Origin: an uncultured delta proteobacterium
GTDB lineage: Bacteria > Desulfobacterota > RBG-13-43-22
Length of the DNA stretch: 64,000 nucleotides
Direction of reading: 5' to 3'
Assembly: GCA_963843145.1 (NCBI GenBank)
Contig: CAWJJC010000011.1
Span: 17,793-81,792 of the forward strand
Part shown: positions 18,104-28,688 of the stretch, piece after piece
Layout of the letters: each line of letters opens with the position of its first letter
How positions within the stretch are numbered: position 1 is the first letter of the stretch
The notes under the pieces: generated by a model
Database searches by the model: none
Seen by the model: only the letters and a program-made list of their open reading frames with translations
What the model was told of the DNA's origin: nothing
Program-made: the position numbers and the translations under genes

Positions 18104-18382
18104 CTATCCGCCCCCCAGAAGAATTAATGATATAGTCACTTGGTCTCCTTCATTCAATTCGGTATTTAGACCTTGCGCTAGGGAATAGTACGGTACGTTG
18201 TTTAAACGGACCTCAAAAAGGTCCTCCAAGGCCAGTTCCCCGGTCTCGGGTTTTTTGATCTGGTCGGCAAAGTGTGATTGGCCCAAAAGATTGGCGAGCA
18301 GATCATTAAGGGACCCGGAACCCATCTCAACCTCCGAGGGTATTTCCGGAATATGTATGGTGGTTTTTATGGAGATTTTCAA
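18104..18382 (-). CDS. MoaD/ThiS family sulfur-carrier protein
   Basis: 92 aa; ELNEGDQVTISLILLGGG C-terminus. Confidence 0.8.
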   Translation of the reverse strand: MKISIKTTIHIPEIPSEVEMGSGSLNDLLANLLGQSHFADQIKKPETGELALEDLFEVRLNNVPYYSLAQGLNTELNEGDQVTISLILLGGG

Positions 18383-18441
18383 TTCTGCTTCTCCAGAGGG
18401 TACTTAACTTTTGCTTCTAATGGCAATTTTAAGATCCGGCC

Positions 18442-19152
18442 TCAGGTCCCGAGGTAGGACTGTTTGACTTTTTCATTACCCATCAGGCTGTCCCGCGTGC
18501 CGGTCAAGATCACTTCCCCATGTTCGAGCACATATCCGCGGTCGGCGATCCGCAGGGATTCGGCGGCGTTTTGCTCGACCAGCAGGATAGCGGTACCGCG
18601 CCCCCGGATACGGGCCAAGGCATCCATGATGTTCATCACCATCAGCGGCGCCAGGCCCAACGATGGTTCATCGAGCATGAGCAGCTTGGGCCCGGACATC
18701 AGGGCCCGGCCGATGGCCACCATCTGCTGCTCGCCTCCTGAAAGCGTTCCGGCCGCCTGCTTTCTCCTTTCTTTCAGCCGGGGGAACAGATCGTAGACCT
18801 CTGCTTGCAGCTTTTCCACCAGACGGCGATCTTTCCGGCGGCAATAGGCCCCCAATTCCAGATTTTTCTGAACCGGCATCTCCGGGAAAAGCATTTTTCC
18901 CTCGGGGCAGTGGGAAATACCTCTTTTAACCATAACATCAGGGGTGACCCTATCCACTGCTTGCCCATTGTAGCGGATCTGCCCGGAGACCGGCGCGACC
19001 AGCCCCGATATGGTCCTTAATAGGGTGGTTTTCCCTGCCCCGTTGGCCCCCAGGAGCGTCACCACCTCCCCGGAGTCCACTTCCAGGGAAACGTTCCGTA
19101 AGGCTTCAAAGGCCCCGTAGATGGTACGGATTCCCTTAAGTTCAAGCAACAT
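18442..19152 (-). CDS. livF: branched-chain-type ABC ATP-binding subunit
   Basis: GANGAGKTT, LSGGEQQM, LDEPSLGLAP. Confidence 0.92.
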   Translation of the reverse strand: MLLELKGIRTIYGAFEALRNVSLEVDSGEVVTLLGANGAGKTTLLRTISGLVAPVSGQIRYNGQAVDRVTPDVMVKRGISHCPEGKMLFPEMPVQKNLELGAYCRRKDRRLVEKLQAEVYDLFPRLKERRKQAAGTLSGGEQQMVAIGRALMSGPKLLMLDEPSLGLAPLMVMNIMDALARIRGRGTAILLVEQNAAESLRIADRGYVLEHGEVILTGTRDSLMGNEKVKQSYLGT

Positions 19153-19909
19153 GTCGGGCCCCCAGGTAGGCCTTGATCACCTCACCATTAGAGGCAATTT
19201 CTGCGGAGGTACCTTCGGCGATATTCATACCATAATTCAGTACGATGATGCGGTCGGAAATGCGCATGACCAAGCGCATCTTATGTTCGATGAGGCAAAG
19301 GGTTATGCCGGCCTTTCGGATATTTTTCATCAGATCAATCAATCCTCCGATCTCTTCCAAGTTGACGCCGCCGGTCGGTTCGTCCAGCAACAGGAGTTTC
19401 GGATCGGAGGCTAGGGCCATGGCAATAGACAGCCTCTTCTGGGCCTCCTCGGTCAGGCCACCGGCTGAGACTTTTTCTTTATCCGAGAGCCCTACAAAGG
19501 AGAGGACCTCTCGGGCCTTTTCCTTCACCCGGCGTTCTTCCTGTCGGGCGGCAGCGGTCCTGAACAGAGTGCCCCAGACCCCTGTTTTCAAATGAAGGGA
19601 CTGGCCGATAATGACGTTATCCAACACCGTCTCCTCACTGAATACGGTGGTTCGCTGAAAGGTGCGTCCGAGACCTTGACGGGCCGCCTGGTGGGGCTTG
19701 CAACCGGTGATCTCCCGGCCGTTAAAGATGATTTTCCCCGAGGTTGGCCGGTATATCCCCGTCAGCAGATTAAAAAGTGTGGTCTTCCCGGCGCCGTTAG
19801 GTCCGATGATGCTGATTATCTCGGCGGGTTTAACGGAAAAGGTAAGCCCGGTTATCGCCATCAGGCCACCGAATCGCTTGCTCAAATCTGAAACCTGAAG
19901 GATGGCCAT
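19142..19909 (-). CDS. livG: branched-chain-type ABC ATP-binding subunit
   Basis: FGGL, GPNGAGKTT, RTFQ, VIKAYLG. Confidence 0.92.
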   Translation of the reverse strand: MAILQVSDLSKRFGGLMAITGLTFSVKPAEIISIIGPNGAGKTTLFNLLTGIYRPTSGKIIFNGREITGCKPHQAARQGLGRTFQRTTVFSEETVLDNVIIGQSLHLKTGVWGTLFRTAAARQEERRVKEKAREVLSFVGLSDKEKVSAGGLTEEAQKRLSIAMALASDPKLLLLDEPTGGVNLEEIGGLIDLMKNIRKAGITLCLIEHKMRLVMRISDRIIVLNYGMNIAEGTSAEIASNGEVIKAYLGARHVA

Positions 19910-19910
19910 A

Positions 19911-20894
19911 TCAGTGCACCATCAATTGCCGATATTTTTTTCGTTTGGAGAAAAGGGTTTTCAACCCCACCACCAGGCCACCAGGAAGAAAAACGACAAA
20001 GAGCAACAGCACCATGCCGTTGATCAAGGTCTTCAGGTAGGGGATGATCTGGAGCACCTCCGGTATGGCCGTCAGCATAAGCGTGCCGATAATGGGTCCG
20101 GCCACGGTGCCGGCTCCACCGACAATCACATAGGTTAGGACATCCATTCCTCTGGAAAAGTGAGCCAGGTCGGGACTGATGACCACGTTGTAGGAGGCAT
20201 ATAGGGCGCCGGCTACCCCGCCAAAGACTGCACTGATCGTAAAACTTAAGAGTTTTCTTTTCATGGTATCCACGCCCAGAGTCTCCGTCAGGTTCTCATC
20301 CTGGGCAATGGCGATAAAAGTCATTCCAAGCAAGGAGTGCACCAGCCGGTAACCAGCGAAGGTAATGAGTAACAGAAAAAAGAGGACAAAGTAATACATG
20401 CTGAGCAAGGAGTCGAAACGCAGCTCTCCCCCCCAAGGCAGGGGCAGGGGATTCGGTCTGGGCATACCGGCCATTCCGTTGGCGCCACCGGTAAGGTTGA
20501 CCCAAGCCAGGATGACAACGCCGAGAATAGCGGCAAACCCGAGGGTAACCAGGGCAAAGTAGGGGCCCCTCAGTTTGAGGGCCGGGATGCCGATAAGGAA
20601 CCCCAGCAGACCGCTCAGGGCTGCGGCTCCTATAAAAGACGGCCAGAAGCCAAAATGCAGCTTTATGGCCAGTAGTCCAAAGGCATAGGCTCCAGCCCCT
20701 AAAAAGGCCGAATGGCCCAGGGAAAGCTGGCCGGTATAGCCGAACAACAGGTTCAGGCTGGTACTCATGATGGACCAGATACAGACGAGTACCAGTAAGC
20801 TGGTCAGATATTCACCGACAAACAGCGGGACCAGAATGGCCGCCAACAATACCAAGAGCCAGGCCATCTGTTTATTGAACAGGATTCTCTTCAA
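19911..20894 (-). CDS. livM: branched-chain-type ABC permease
   Basis: GYTGQLSLGHSAF, LRGPYFALVTLGF. Confidence 0.9.
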   Translation of the reverse strand: MKRILFNKQMAWLLVLLAAILVPLFVGEYLTSLLVLVCIWSIMSTSLNLLFGYTGQLSLGHSAFLGAGAYAFGLLAIKLHFGFWPSFIGAAALSGLLGFLIGIPALKLRGPYFALVTLGFAAILGVVILAWVNLTGGANGMAGMPRPNPLPLPWGGELRFDSLLSMYYFVLFFLLLITFAGYRLVHSLLGMTFIAIAQDENLTETLGVDTMKRKLLSFTISAVFGGVAGALYASYNVVISPDLAHFSRGMDVLTYVIVGGAGTVAGPIIGTLMLTAIPEVLQIIPYLKTLINGMVLLLFVVFLPGGLVVGLKTLFSKRKKYRQLMVH

Positions 20895-21769
20895 GGTCTC
20901 CAGACCTCCTTGCCCATTAACCCCTTCGGACGGAAGAGAAGGGTCAAAATCATAATCCCGAAGACAAAGGTAAGGCTGTAAGTAGCGCTGATATATCCAG
21001 AAACCAGGCTCTCCACGAGTCCTAAGATCATGGCCCCGAGCACCGCTCCGGCAATGCTCCCCAACCCTCCGAAGATAATGGCCGAGAAGGCGACCAGCAG
21101 AGGTCCCATCCCCATGGTGGGCGTGAGCAGCACGGTGGGGCCGATGAGCACCCCGGCAATGCCGGCCAGAGCGGTACCCACCACAAAGGCCATGGCCGAA
21201 ATAAAGGTCACCCGTATACCACAGAGCAAGGCACCTTCCCTATGCTGGGCGGTTGCTTCCAAAGCGGCCCCCAGCGCTGTTTTTTTAATGAAAAACTGAA
21301 GGCCGGCCATCACTATGAGCGTTCCTGCAATGACGATGAGTCGCTGAAGAGGCAAGGCCAGACCTCCCAGAACGATAACCCGTTTGGTTGATGGGACGAT
21401 AAACCATTTGGTCTCCGTTCCGAACAGATAAAGGGCTGCCCCTTCGAGGATCATCAAAAGGGCCATGGCCGCCACAAAGAGGTTCACCTCCGGGGCTTTT
21501 CGAATGGGATAGAAGACCAGGAAGTAAACCAGAAAGCCTATAATCCCCAAAGCAAAGGTGGTCAGGACGAGTGCCAGCCAGTAGTCGATCAAAAAGGAGA
21601 TAACCAGATAGAATCCAATATAGGCCGCCACCATGTAAAGGTGTCCCTGGGCAAAATTGGGGACGTTGAGTATCCCAAAAATGATCGTCAGCCCCGAAGC
21701 CAGCAGGACATAAATACATCCTTGTGACAGGCCATTCAACAAGTACTGGGCAAATTCGACCATGGGCAC
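20891..21769 (-). CDS. livH: branched-chain-type ABC permease
   Basis: GLTIIFG...NFAQG, RPKGLMG. Confidence 0.9.
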   Translation of the reverse strand: MPMVEFAQYLLNGLSQGCIYVLLASGLTIIFGILNVPNFAQGHLYMVAAYIGFYLVISFLIDYWLALVLTTFALGIIGFLVYFLVFYPIRKAPEVNLFVAAMALLMILEGAALYLFGTETKWFIVPSTKRVIVLGGLALPLQRLIVIAGTLIVMAGLQFFIKKTALGAALEATAQHREGALLCGIRVTFISAMAFVVGTALAGIAGVLIGPTVLLTPTMGMGPLLVAFSAIIFGGLGSIAGAVLGAMILGLVESLVSGYISATYSLTFVFGIMILTLLFRPKGLMGKEVWRP

Positions 21770-21900
21770 CCCTTTTCCTTGATCAGACGCTTAGGCAATC
21801 ACTATGAACATTTAACCTCACTAGGTTCAAGCGGAGCAATGGAGGCCTGGTTATTTGAATGGGCAATCCATCGCTCCAGTACTCCAATTTATTTTTCGGG

Positions 21901-23133
21901 CTATTCCAGTTCTTTCTTTGGTATACGCAATTCCTTCAAAAGCCTATACTGTCCCCCCTTGACTTCCAGGAGTAGCTCCGGTGCCCCGACCATCAAGCCG
22001 TTCTTCAGGACATCGTTGTTCGGGAAGACCAGCGGCAACTTGCCTTCCTGAAGGGCCTTGGGACAGGCAGCGCGGATCGCTTTGGGATCTGTAACCGTGC
22101 CCGCTATCTCCATAGCCCTGGCGATCATATAGACGGGATCATGAATGGATGGACCCGAGAGGCCCGGCTCATCTCCGTAGGCCGCCTTATACTGCTTGAT
22201 ATAGGAGGTCTGATACCCCTTCTTGTCCTGTTCCGGGTATTTTCGGTAATAGGTCCAGAGCATGGCCTCAACCAGCGAACCTTCAATCTTGTCGAGGGGA
22301 ACAATCTTCTCGGCTTTGTTGATCCACTCGGAGTTGAAGAGGAATTTGCCGGAATAGCCCACATCGAGGGCATGACTGGCCGCCAAGGCCATGGGCTCCT
22401 CATAGGCGGTGATAAAGATGATGTCCGGATTCTTGGCCTTGAAGCTGGTCATGATGGAATGGTAGTCTGTAGTTGATTTGATATCCACCGTCTCAAAACA
22501 GGGGACCTGGCCACCAAGACTTTCGAACTTTTCTTTAAACCGCTTGCCCCAGGATTCATAGGCCTCATTCACATCGGTCAACACGCAGGCCTTCTTATAA
22601 CCGTGGTCCCAGACGGCCTGGGCCATGGGGTCTCCGAAATAAAGGGTGGGGGATCGCTCCTGAATATAAAGGGGGTTTCCCTTTTTCCGAGACTTATCGG
22701 AGGCGGACATGCCAACGAAGAGTACGTTCAATCCGACGTTGACCGCCTGGCAAGCCCAGGTCTGCGGGGTTCCCAAAGGCCCGAAGATCACAGGTACCTT
22801 ATACATCTCGGAAAGCTTCCTCATCCCGGCGACACTTTTGGCCGGATCGCCGGAATCATCATAGCTGACCAATTCCAATTTATACCGTTGGTTCCCTACC
22901 AGGATGCCCGGCCCCTTGCCGGTAGTTCCTCTGTCATTGATATCCTTTATAGCCAGTTCGACGGTTCTGAAGACGCTCAAACCATAGAAGGCGATAGGCC
23001 CGCTGTGGGCGCTGATAACCCCGACCTTGACGCTTTTCATCTCCGGGGCTGCCTGTAAAGGCGCCGTCACCACAATAGAAGAACAGACCACTGCGAAAAG
23101 AACCATTACCCAAAGACACGTTTTATTTCTCAT
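21901..23133 (-). CDS. ABC transporter substrate-binding protein (LivK type)
   Basis: Signal peptide, SGPIAFYG, YDDSGDP. Confidence 0.9.
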   Translation of the reverse strand: MRNKTCLWVMVLFAVVCSSIVVTAPLQAAPEMKSVKVGVISAHSGPIAFYGLSVFRTVELAIKDINDRGTTGKGPGILVGNQRYKLELVSYDDSGDPAKSVAGMRKLSEMYKVPVIFGPLGTPQTWACQAVNVGLNVLFVGMSASDKSRKKGNPLYIQERSPTLYFGDPMAQAVWDHGYKKACVLTDVNEAYESWGKRFKEKFESLGGQVPCFETVDIKSTTDYHSIMTSFKAKNPDIIFITAYEEPMALAASHALDVGYSGKFLFNSEWINKAEKIVPLDKIEGSLVEAMLWTYYRKYPEQDKKGYQTSYIKQYKAAYGDEPGLSGPSIHDPVYMIARAMEIAGTVTDPKAIRAACPKALQEGKLPLVFPNNDVLKNGLMVGAPELLLEVKGGQYRLLKELRIPKKELE

Positions 23134-23296
23134 AATCCCCTCCTTTTTTGATACAAAATTAGGACTCAAGAATTCAAGGGTTCGAATGGCGCTAAACGGT
23201 TGAGGTCCACGGAGATCGATTTTCTCTTTAACACCTAACCCTTGAATCCTTTAACCCCTTTTAAAGTTTCGTTGAGCCCTAAAGGTGAATGGGAAT

Positions 23297-25216
23297 TCAC
23301 GCTTCAAACCCCGCCTTATATCCTTCCTCAACAGCTTCTAAAGCATTCCTGACGCTTAACGCATCGCCTACAGTTACTATCTTTACAGGAGCACCGTTAA
23401 ACTTTGACGCCAGCTCATTGTCCGCTGTGGAGCCGCAGGCCAGGACAACCGTGTCAGCCGGTCTCACTTCTTCCCCGTTACTAGTAACGATAACCACGCT
23501 GCCTTCGGATATTTCCCGAACCGTGGCGTTTGTGTACATCGCAACATTTGCCTGTTGTAAGTCTTTCATGAGGTAATCCTTGATGACCACCGCCACGTCG
23601 GATGCAATCTCGGGAAGCTGCTCAACGATGGTAACCTGCTTCCCATGGTTCGCCAGATGATTGGCAGTCTCGGCTCCCACCATGCCGCCCCCTATTATCA
23701 GGACTCTTGGATTGACGGGCACCTGTGAATCCAGAACTGCCTGTGCCTGTACCACGTGAGGTTTGTCGACCCCGGCTATGGGAGGTGTAATGGGCTTACT
23801 GCCGGTCGCGATGATCAGCACATCCGGGTTCTCGGATGCTATGGTTTCGGATGTGATCTCAGTGTTCAAATGAACTCCGACTTTCAGATCGCGCAACCGA
23901 TTTTGCAGACAGTTAATAAATGAAGTGATTTCTCCTTTGCCTGGCGGTATGGCGGCAAGATAATACCGTCCCCCTAACCTGCCTGTCTTTTCGAAGAGCT
24001 GGACATCGTGGCCCCGTTTAGCTGCCGCTATTGCAGCCTCCATTCCGGCCGGTCCGCCCCCCGCTACGAACACTTTCTTCCTTATCTCTACCGGCTTTAC
24101 TGCAAATTCCGACTCCCTTCCACATTCGGGATTCACCAGGCATCTTACTGGTTTATCTTGAAATACCTCCATGAGACAGCCCTGCAGGCAGCCCACGCAG
24201 TAGGTGATATCATCGAAATTGCCGGCCGCTGCCTTGTTCGGCAAGGCCGGATCAGCCAACTGACCTCTGGCCATGGAGACGAGATCCGCTTTTCCTGATG
24301 TGATTATGGTCTCCGCAAACAAAGGATCATTGATTCTGTTCACAGAAATGACAGGTATTTTTACAACTTTTTTTACCTCTTCCGCCATGCCGGCCATCCA
24401 ACCATGAGGAGCATACGAAGGCCCTATAAGGTGACCTACGCTCCCATAAACACCAACGGTTACATGGACGAAGTCGATTCCGTTCTCCTCTAATAAAGCA
24501 GCAATCGCCTTGGTGTCTTCAATAGTCCTGCCTCCTGGTACAAACTCATCCCCAGAGATTCTAAAGCCGACAACAAAGTCCTTACCAACTTTTTCCCTCA
24601 CGTTTGCAATTACTTCTAACGGAAAGCGCAACCTGTTCATAAGACATCCGCCATAAAGGTCCGTTCTTTTGTTAGAGTAAGGAGACATAAACCCAGCTAT
24701 TAGATAGCCATGGGCCCCGTGGACCTCAACCCCGTCGAACCCTGCCTTTTTTGCCCTTAATGCGCAGTCGCCGAATTTCTCCACTATCTCATGAATCTCA
24801 GCCACTTCTAATTCACGGGGCATTTCCTGAAGCACCGGACACGGCAACGGAGATGGCGCCAGCGGTTGCGATCCCGAGACAAAATGGAGTGTTTGTCTTC
24901 CTGCATGATAAATCTGGGCCATTATCTTTGACCCGTGTTGATGCACCCTCTTAGTTAACGCCGTATGGCTTTCTATCTGGCTATCATCCCATAGGCCCGG
25001 AATACGCGAATATCCTTTTCCTTTCGGGTCCACAGCAAAGTCTTCCGTAATGATAAGACCCCATCCGCCTTTTGCTCTCGCTTCGAGATAGGTTATCCAT
25101 TTCTCTGTGGCAGTGCCATCCGGGTTGCAGTAATTGACCACCATCGGCGCTACTACCAGTCTGTTCTTGACTTCCATCTTCCCAAGTTTGATCGGAGAAA
25201 ATAATTTCTTTAGCAT
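23297..25216 (-). CDS. NADH:flavin oxidoreductase (OYE family with Fe-S and FAD domain; BaiCD/FadH-like)
   Basis: GFDGVEVHGAHGYLI, NKRTD, CVGCLQGC...CLVNP, GGGPAGMEAA. Confidence 0.92.
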   Translation of the reverse strand: MLKKLFSPIKLGKMEVKNRLVVAPMVVNYCNPDGTATEKWITYLEARAKGGWGLIITEDFAVDPKGKGYSRIPGLWDDSQIESHTALTKRVHQHGSKIMAQIYHAGRQTLHFVSGSQPLAPSPLPCPVLQEMPRELEVAEIHEIVEKFGDCALRAKKAGFDGVEVHGAHGYLIAGFMSPYSNKRTDLYGGCLMNRLRFPLEVIANVREKVGKDFVVGFRISGDEFVPGGRTIEDTKAIAALLEENGIDFVHVTVGVYGSVGHLIGPSYAPHGWMAGMAEEVKKVVKIPVISVNRINDPLFAETIITSGKADLVSMARGQLADPALPNKAAAGNFDDITYCVGCLQGCLMEVFQDKPVRCLVNPECGRESEFAVKPVEIRKKVFVAGGGPAGMEAAIAAAKRGHDVQLFEKTGRLGGRYYLAAIPPGKGEITSFINCLQNRLRDLKVGVHLNTEITSETIASENPDVLIIATGSKPITPPIAGVDKPHVVQAQAVLDSQVPVNPRVLIIGGGMVGAETANHLANHGKQVTIVEQLPEIASDVAVVIKDYLMKDLQQANVAMYTNATVREISEGSVVIVTSNGEEVRPADTVVLACGSTADNELASKFNGAPVKIVTVGDALSVRNALEAVEEGYKAGFEA

Positions 25217-25280
25217 AGCGGTTCCCCCTTTTGTGTTTTCCTTCCATCATTCTGTTTAATATTTTCCCTGTGTCTTATGA

Positions 25281-26063
25281 CTATCCAACCTCAGCAGCCC
25301 CGCCTATCGGGACATAAATGCCTTTAATTTGTGGATATTCGTTCCTGATGATTTCCATGAACCGGTCTATCTTTTTGTACGTGTCCAACACCGGGAACTT
25401 TTTGACAAATTCGGCATATGCCTCCGGATTGGCCGCATCAGAGACCGCCCGGGGAAAATCGTGACAGGGAATAACGGTCTTACAACCCGTGACGCCGGCG
25501 GCATAGGCAGCCTGCTCAGGCTCCATCGTGAAAATGCCGATGGCGGGAAGGATGGAAATATCAGGTTTGAAATAATCCCCTACCACAAACTTCATATCCG
25601 CAGTCAATCCTGTATCTCCACTCATATATACTTTCTGTCCGTTCTCGAATTCGATCACATATCCGGCCGCTGTTCCGGCGATCTCCATTTTGCCATCCGA
25701 AAGAAGTTGGCTGTTTGAGTGAGCGGCGGATACCTGAGAGAATTTTATTCCTAGAAAATCGATAGTCGCGCCCGCCCCCGTGGGAATCACGTTCTTGATC
25801 CCCCGTCCGAGAAGGGAAAGAGCATACTCATACTGGGCTATGATAAAGACCTTCTCGTTCTGCTCGACAATCTCGTCGATTCCTGAGGCGTGATCAAAGT
25901 GGGCATGGGTGATAGCGATTACATCGATTTCCCTCAGCTTCTCCGGTGTTCTTTCTGCTGTTGGCCATAGTGGATCGTTGGTGAGCCACGGATCGACCAT
26001 GACAACTTTTCCTTGAGGAGAATAAAATTTAAAGCTGGATGAGCTAAGTCTTTGAATTCTCAT
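25281..26063 (-). CDS. metal-dependent hydrolase (MBL fold, UPF0173-like)
   Basis: VDPWL, THAHFDH, SGDTGL, IPCH. Confidence 0.88.
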   Translation of the reverse strand: MRIQRLSSSSFKFYSPQGKVVMVDPWLTNDPLWPTAERTPEKLREIDVIAITHAHFDHASGIDEIVEQNEKVFIIAQYEYALSLLGRGIKNVIPTGAGATIDFLGIKFSQVSAAHSNSQLLSDGKMEIAGTAAGYVIEFENGQKVYMSGDTGLTADMKFVVGDYFKPDISILPAIGIFTMEPEQAAYAAGVTGCKTVIPCHDFPRAVSDAANPEAYAEFVKKFPVLDTYKKIDRFMEIIRNEYPQIKGIYVPIGGAAEVG

Positions 26064-26097
26064 AAATCCTCCTTTTTGATATGAATTTGGGGTTCCC

Positions 26098-27705
26098 CTA
26101 TAACTTTCTTTCCCTTCCCGCAGAGAATTTGTCCCGCAACTCCCGCTTAAGTGTCTTCCCAGACGCGGTCTTGGGGAGGGCCGCCATGAACTCCACTGAT
26201 TTGGGCGCCTTGTAGCGGGCCAGCGAGGCCTTGCAGAATTCCATGATCTCTTTGGCCGTTGCTTTCATTCCTTCTTTTAAGACCACAGCCGCCTGGACCT
26301 TTTCCACCCAATAGTCATCGGGAATGCCGAAGACGGCCGCCTCCTGGATGGCCGGATGCCGGTAGAGGACCTCTTCCACTTCCCTAGGGTAGACATTTTC
26401 TCCTCCGGTGATGATCATATCTTTCTTCCGGTCCACGATGTAGATATAGCCTCTCTCATCATAGCGCCCCATATCGCCGGTGTGCACCCAGCCGCCGACG
26501 AAGGTCTTCGCGGTCTCTTCCGGTTTCTGCCACCACTCCTTCGGAACGGCCTTGCTTTGGACGATGATCTCACCCACCGTCCCGGGTTCCACATCCTCAT
26601 CACGGTCGTCGACGATCCGGACATGGACGCCCCGATGAGGAAATCCACAGGAGGCGAGGGTCTGTTGTTCTTCAGAGGACCGGTTGACCACATCATGCTG
26701 TTTCTTCGACAGCATGGTGACATTCGGTCCGCTTTCAGTTCCTCCATAGAATTGCAGGAAGACGGGGCCCCATTTTTCCATCCCTTGCCTCAGAAGCTCA
26801 ACCGGCATAGGGGAGGCAGCGTAAAACATGCGTTTGAGACTGGAAAGATCATACTGATCGACATCCGGCAGGGCCAGAAAGGCGGCCAAGTGGGTCGGTA
26901 CGATATGAATGTCCGTGGCCTTCTCTGCTTCGATAGTCCGGAGGGTCTCCCGGGGATCGAAGGATATTTGAGGCATAATCACATTGCCCGCGCCTGCAAA
27001 AAAATAGCCCCAAAAATTTTTGGCCCCCCCGATATGAAAAAGGGGCATGATCTGGATATGTTTGTCCCCCTGTTCAAGGGAAAGGGCGGCAACAAAGCGT
27101 CTGGTGTCGTCCAGGGCGCGACCAAAGGAATAGAGGGCCGCCCGAGGAACACCGGTGGTACCGCTGGTATAAAAGAGAAAGACCGGGTCGTCCTCTTCGG
27201 CCTCCACCGCGGGTTCGTCCTTGGAAAAGGTTTCAAGGAGTCGGCGGTAAGAGATCAACCCCGATGTCTCCGTCCCGAAAGTGATAAAATGTTTTACCTT
27301 GGAGATGCGGGGTTTAAGACGATCCACCATCTCAACGAGCTCCGGCCCGATAAAAAGCGCCCGGCATTCGGAATAGTTGATGAGGGTTTCGAGCTCATGG
27401 TCCAATAATCTCGGATTAAACGGGGAGGAGATAAAGCCGAACTTCATGCCCGCGCCATAGACCTCGGCATATTCGAGGCAGTTCCAGGAGAGGATGCCCA
27501 GCACATCGCCTTTTTTCATCCCCAAAGACTGCAAGGCGTGGATCAGGCCATTGACGCGATCATTAAATTCCCCAAAGGTTACCGACTCATTGCCGCAGTT
27601 GATGGCCGTCTCGTCGGCATAAAGGAGGGCATTCCGGTAAATGATATCCGCATAAATGCCGGTGTTATAGCGGGACAACTCTTTGAGTATGAATCTCTTG
27701 GACAT
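26098..27705 (-). CDS. acyl-CoA synthetase (AMP-forming)
   Basis: YTSGTTGVP, YGGTE, HTGD, DRKKDMIITGGENVYP, PKTASGK. Confidence 0.94.
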   Translation of the reverse strand: MSKRFILKELSRYNTGIYADIIYRNALLYADETAINCGNESVTFGEFNDRVNGLIHALQSLGMKKGDVLGILSWNCLEYAEVYGAGMKFGFISSPFNPRLLDHELETLINYSECRALFIGPELVEMVDRLKPRISKVKHFITFGTETSGLISYRRLLETFSKDEPAVEAEEDDPVFLFYTSGTTGVPRAALYSFGRALDDTRRFVAALSLEQGDKHIQIMPLFHIGGAKNFWGYFFAGAGNVIMPQISFDPRETLRTIEAEKATDIHIVPTHLAAFLALPDVDQYDLSSLKRMFYAASPMPVELLRQGMEKWGPVFLQFYGGTESGPNVTMLSKKQHDVVNRSSEEQQTLASCGFPHRGVHVRIVDDRDEDVEPGTVGEIIVQSKAVPKEWWQKPEETAKTFVGGWVHTGDMGRYDERGYIYIVDRKKDMIITGGENVYPREVEEVLYRHPAIQEAAVFGIPDDYWVEKVQAAVVLKEGMKATAKEIMEFCKASLARYKAPKSVEFMAALPKTASGKTLKRELRDKFSAGRERKL

Positions 27706-27777
27706 GGCTGTTCCTTTGATGATCCAGGTGTCTGGCGGTGGCGCCGGTTCATGCCCGTTAGACCCGGACCGATGTTT

Positions 27778-28551
27778 CTATTTTACCTTCCACTGGGGTT
27801 TCCGCTTTTCGGCGAAAGCGGCAAATCCCTCAAAGCAGTCCTCGGTGTTGATGATATAGGTTTGAAGGTCGTCTTCCAGCCGTAAAGCCTCGTCAAGGCC
27901 CAGTTCCAAGCCTCTCATCATCGACTCCTTGGCGCAGCGGACCGCAAGCGGTGCGGCTTCGCAAATGATCTGGGCCATCTGCCTGGCCTCGAACATGATC
28001 TGATCGATAGGGACGACCTTGTTGACCAGCCCCAGTCGGTAGGCCTCCTGGGCGTCTATGGTTTTGCCGGTGAAGAGCATTTCCGCAGCCAGACGCTGGG
28101 GGATGGTTCGGGGCAGCCGGACGGTGCCTCCCCCGCCGGGACAGATGCCTACCTTTACCTCAGGAACCCCAAAGACCGCATTCTCCGAGGCAATCACCAG
28201 GTCGCAGGCCAGGGCCATCTCCAGTCCTCCTCCGATGGTCAGGCCGTTGCAGGCGGCAATCATTGGCTTCCATAGTTCCAAACCCCGCATAATCGCCGTG
28301 GGCCTTTGCCATTTCCGATCGGCCGTCTCCCTGATCATGGGCAGGAAGTCGGCAATATCCATGCCGGCACTGAAGACTTTCTGTCCGCTGCCGGTCAGGA
28401 TACCGACCCACAGATGGTCATCGTCCCGGAAATCTTTGAGCAGGTCGCTGAATTGTTGCATGGCCCGGCTATTCAGGACATTCAACTTCTCCGGCCGGTT
28501 AATGGTAAAAATGGCCAGCTTCTCTTCTTTGACATATTCGATATCAGCCAT
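27778..28551 (-). CDS. enoyl-CoA hydratase/crotonase family protein
   Basis: FSAGMD, GGGLEMALACD, PEVKVG. Confidence 0.94.
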   Translation of the reverse strand: MADIEYVKEEKLAIFTINRPEKLNVLNSRAMQQFSDLLKDFRDDDHLWVGILTGSGQKVFSAGMDIADFLPMIRETADRKWQRPTAIMRGLELWKPMIAACNGLTIGGGLEMALACDLVIASENAVFGVPEVKVGICPGGGGTVRLPRTIPQRLAAEMLFTGKTIDAQEAYRLGLVNKVVPIDQIMFEARQMAQIICEAAPLAVRCAKESMMRGLELGLDEALRLEDDLQTYIINTEDCFEGFAAFAEKRKPQWKVK

Positions 28552-28688
28552 AGGAGCCTCTCAAAGGACCACCTGGAGCCCGCTCTAAGCCGGGAAGGTC
28601 CGACCGGCTACAGCGTTTGAGGCATCGGAGGCCAGGAATAAGGCTAGCGACAATGTTTCTGTTTTGTAGAAAAGACGGGCTGCCGGTC

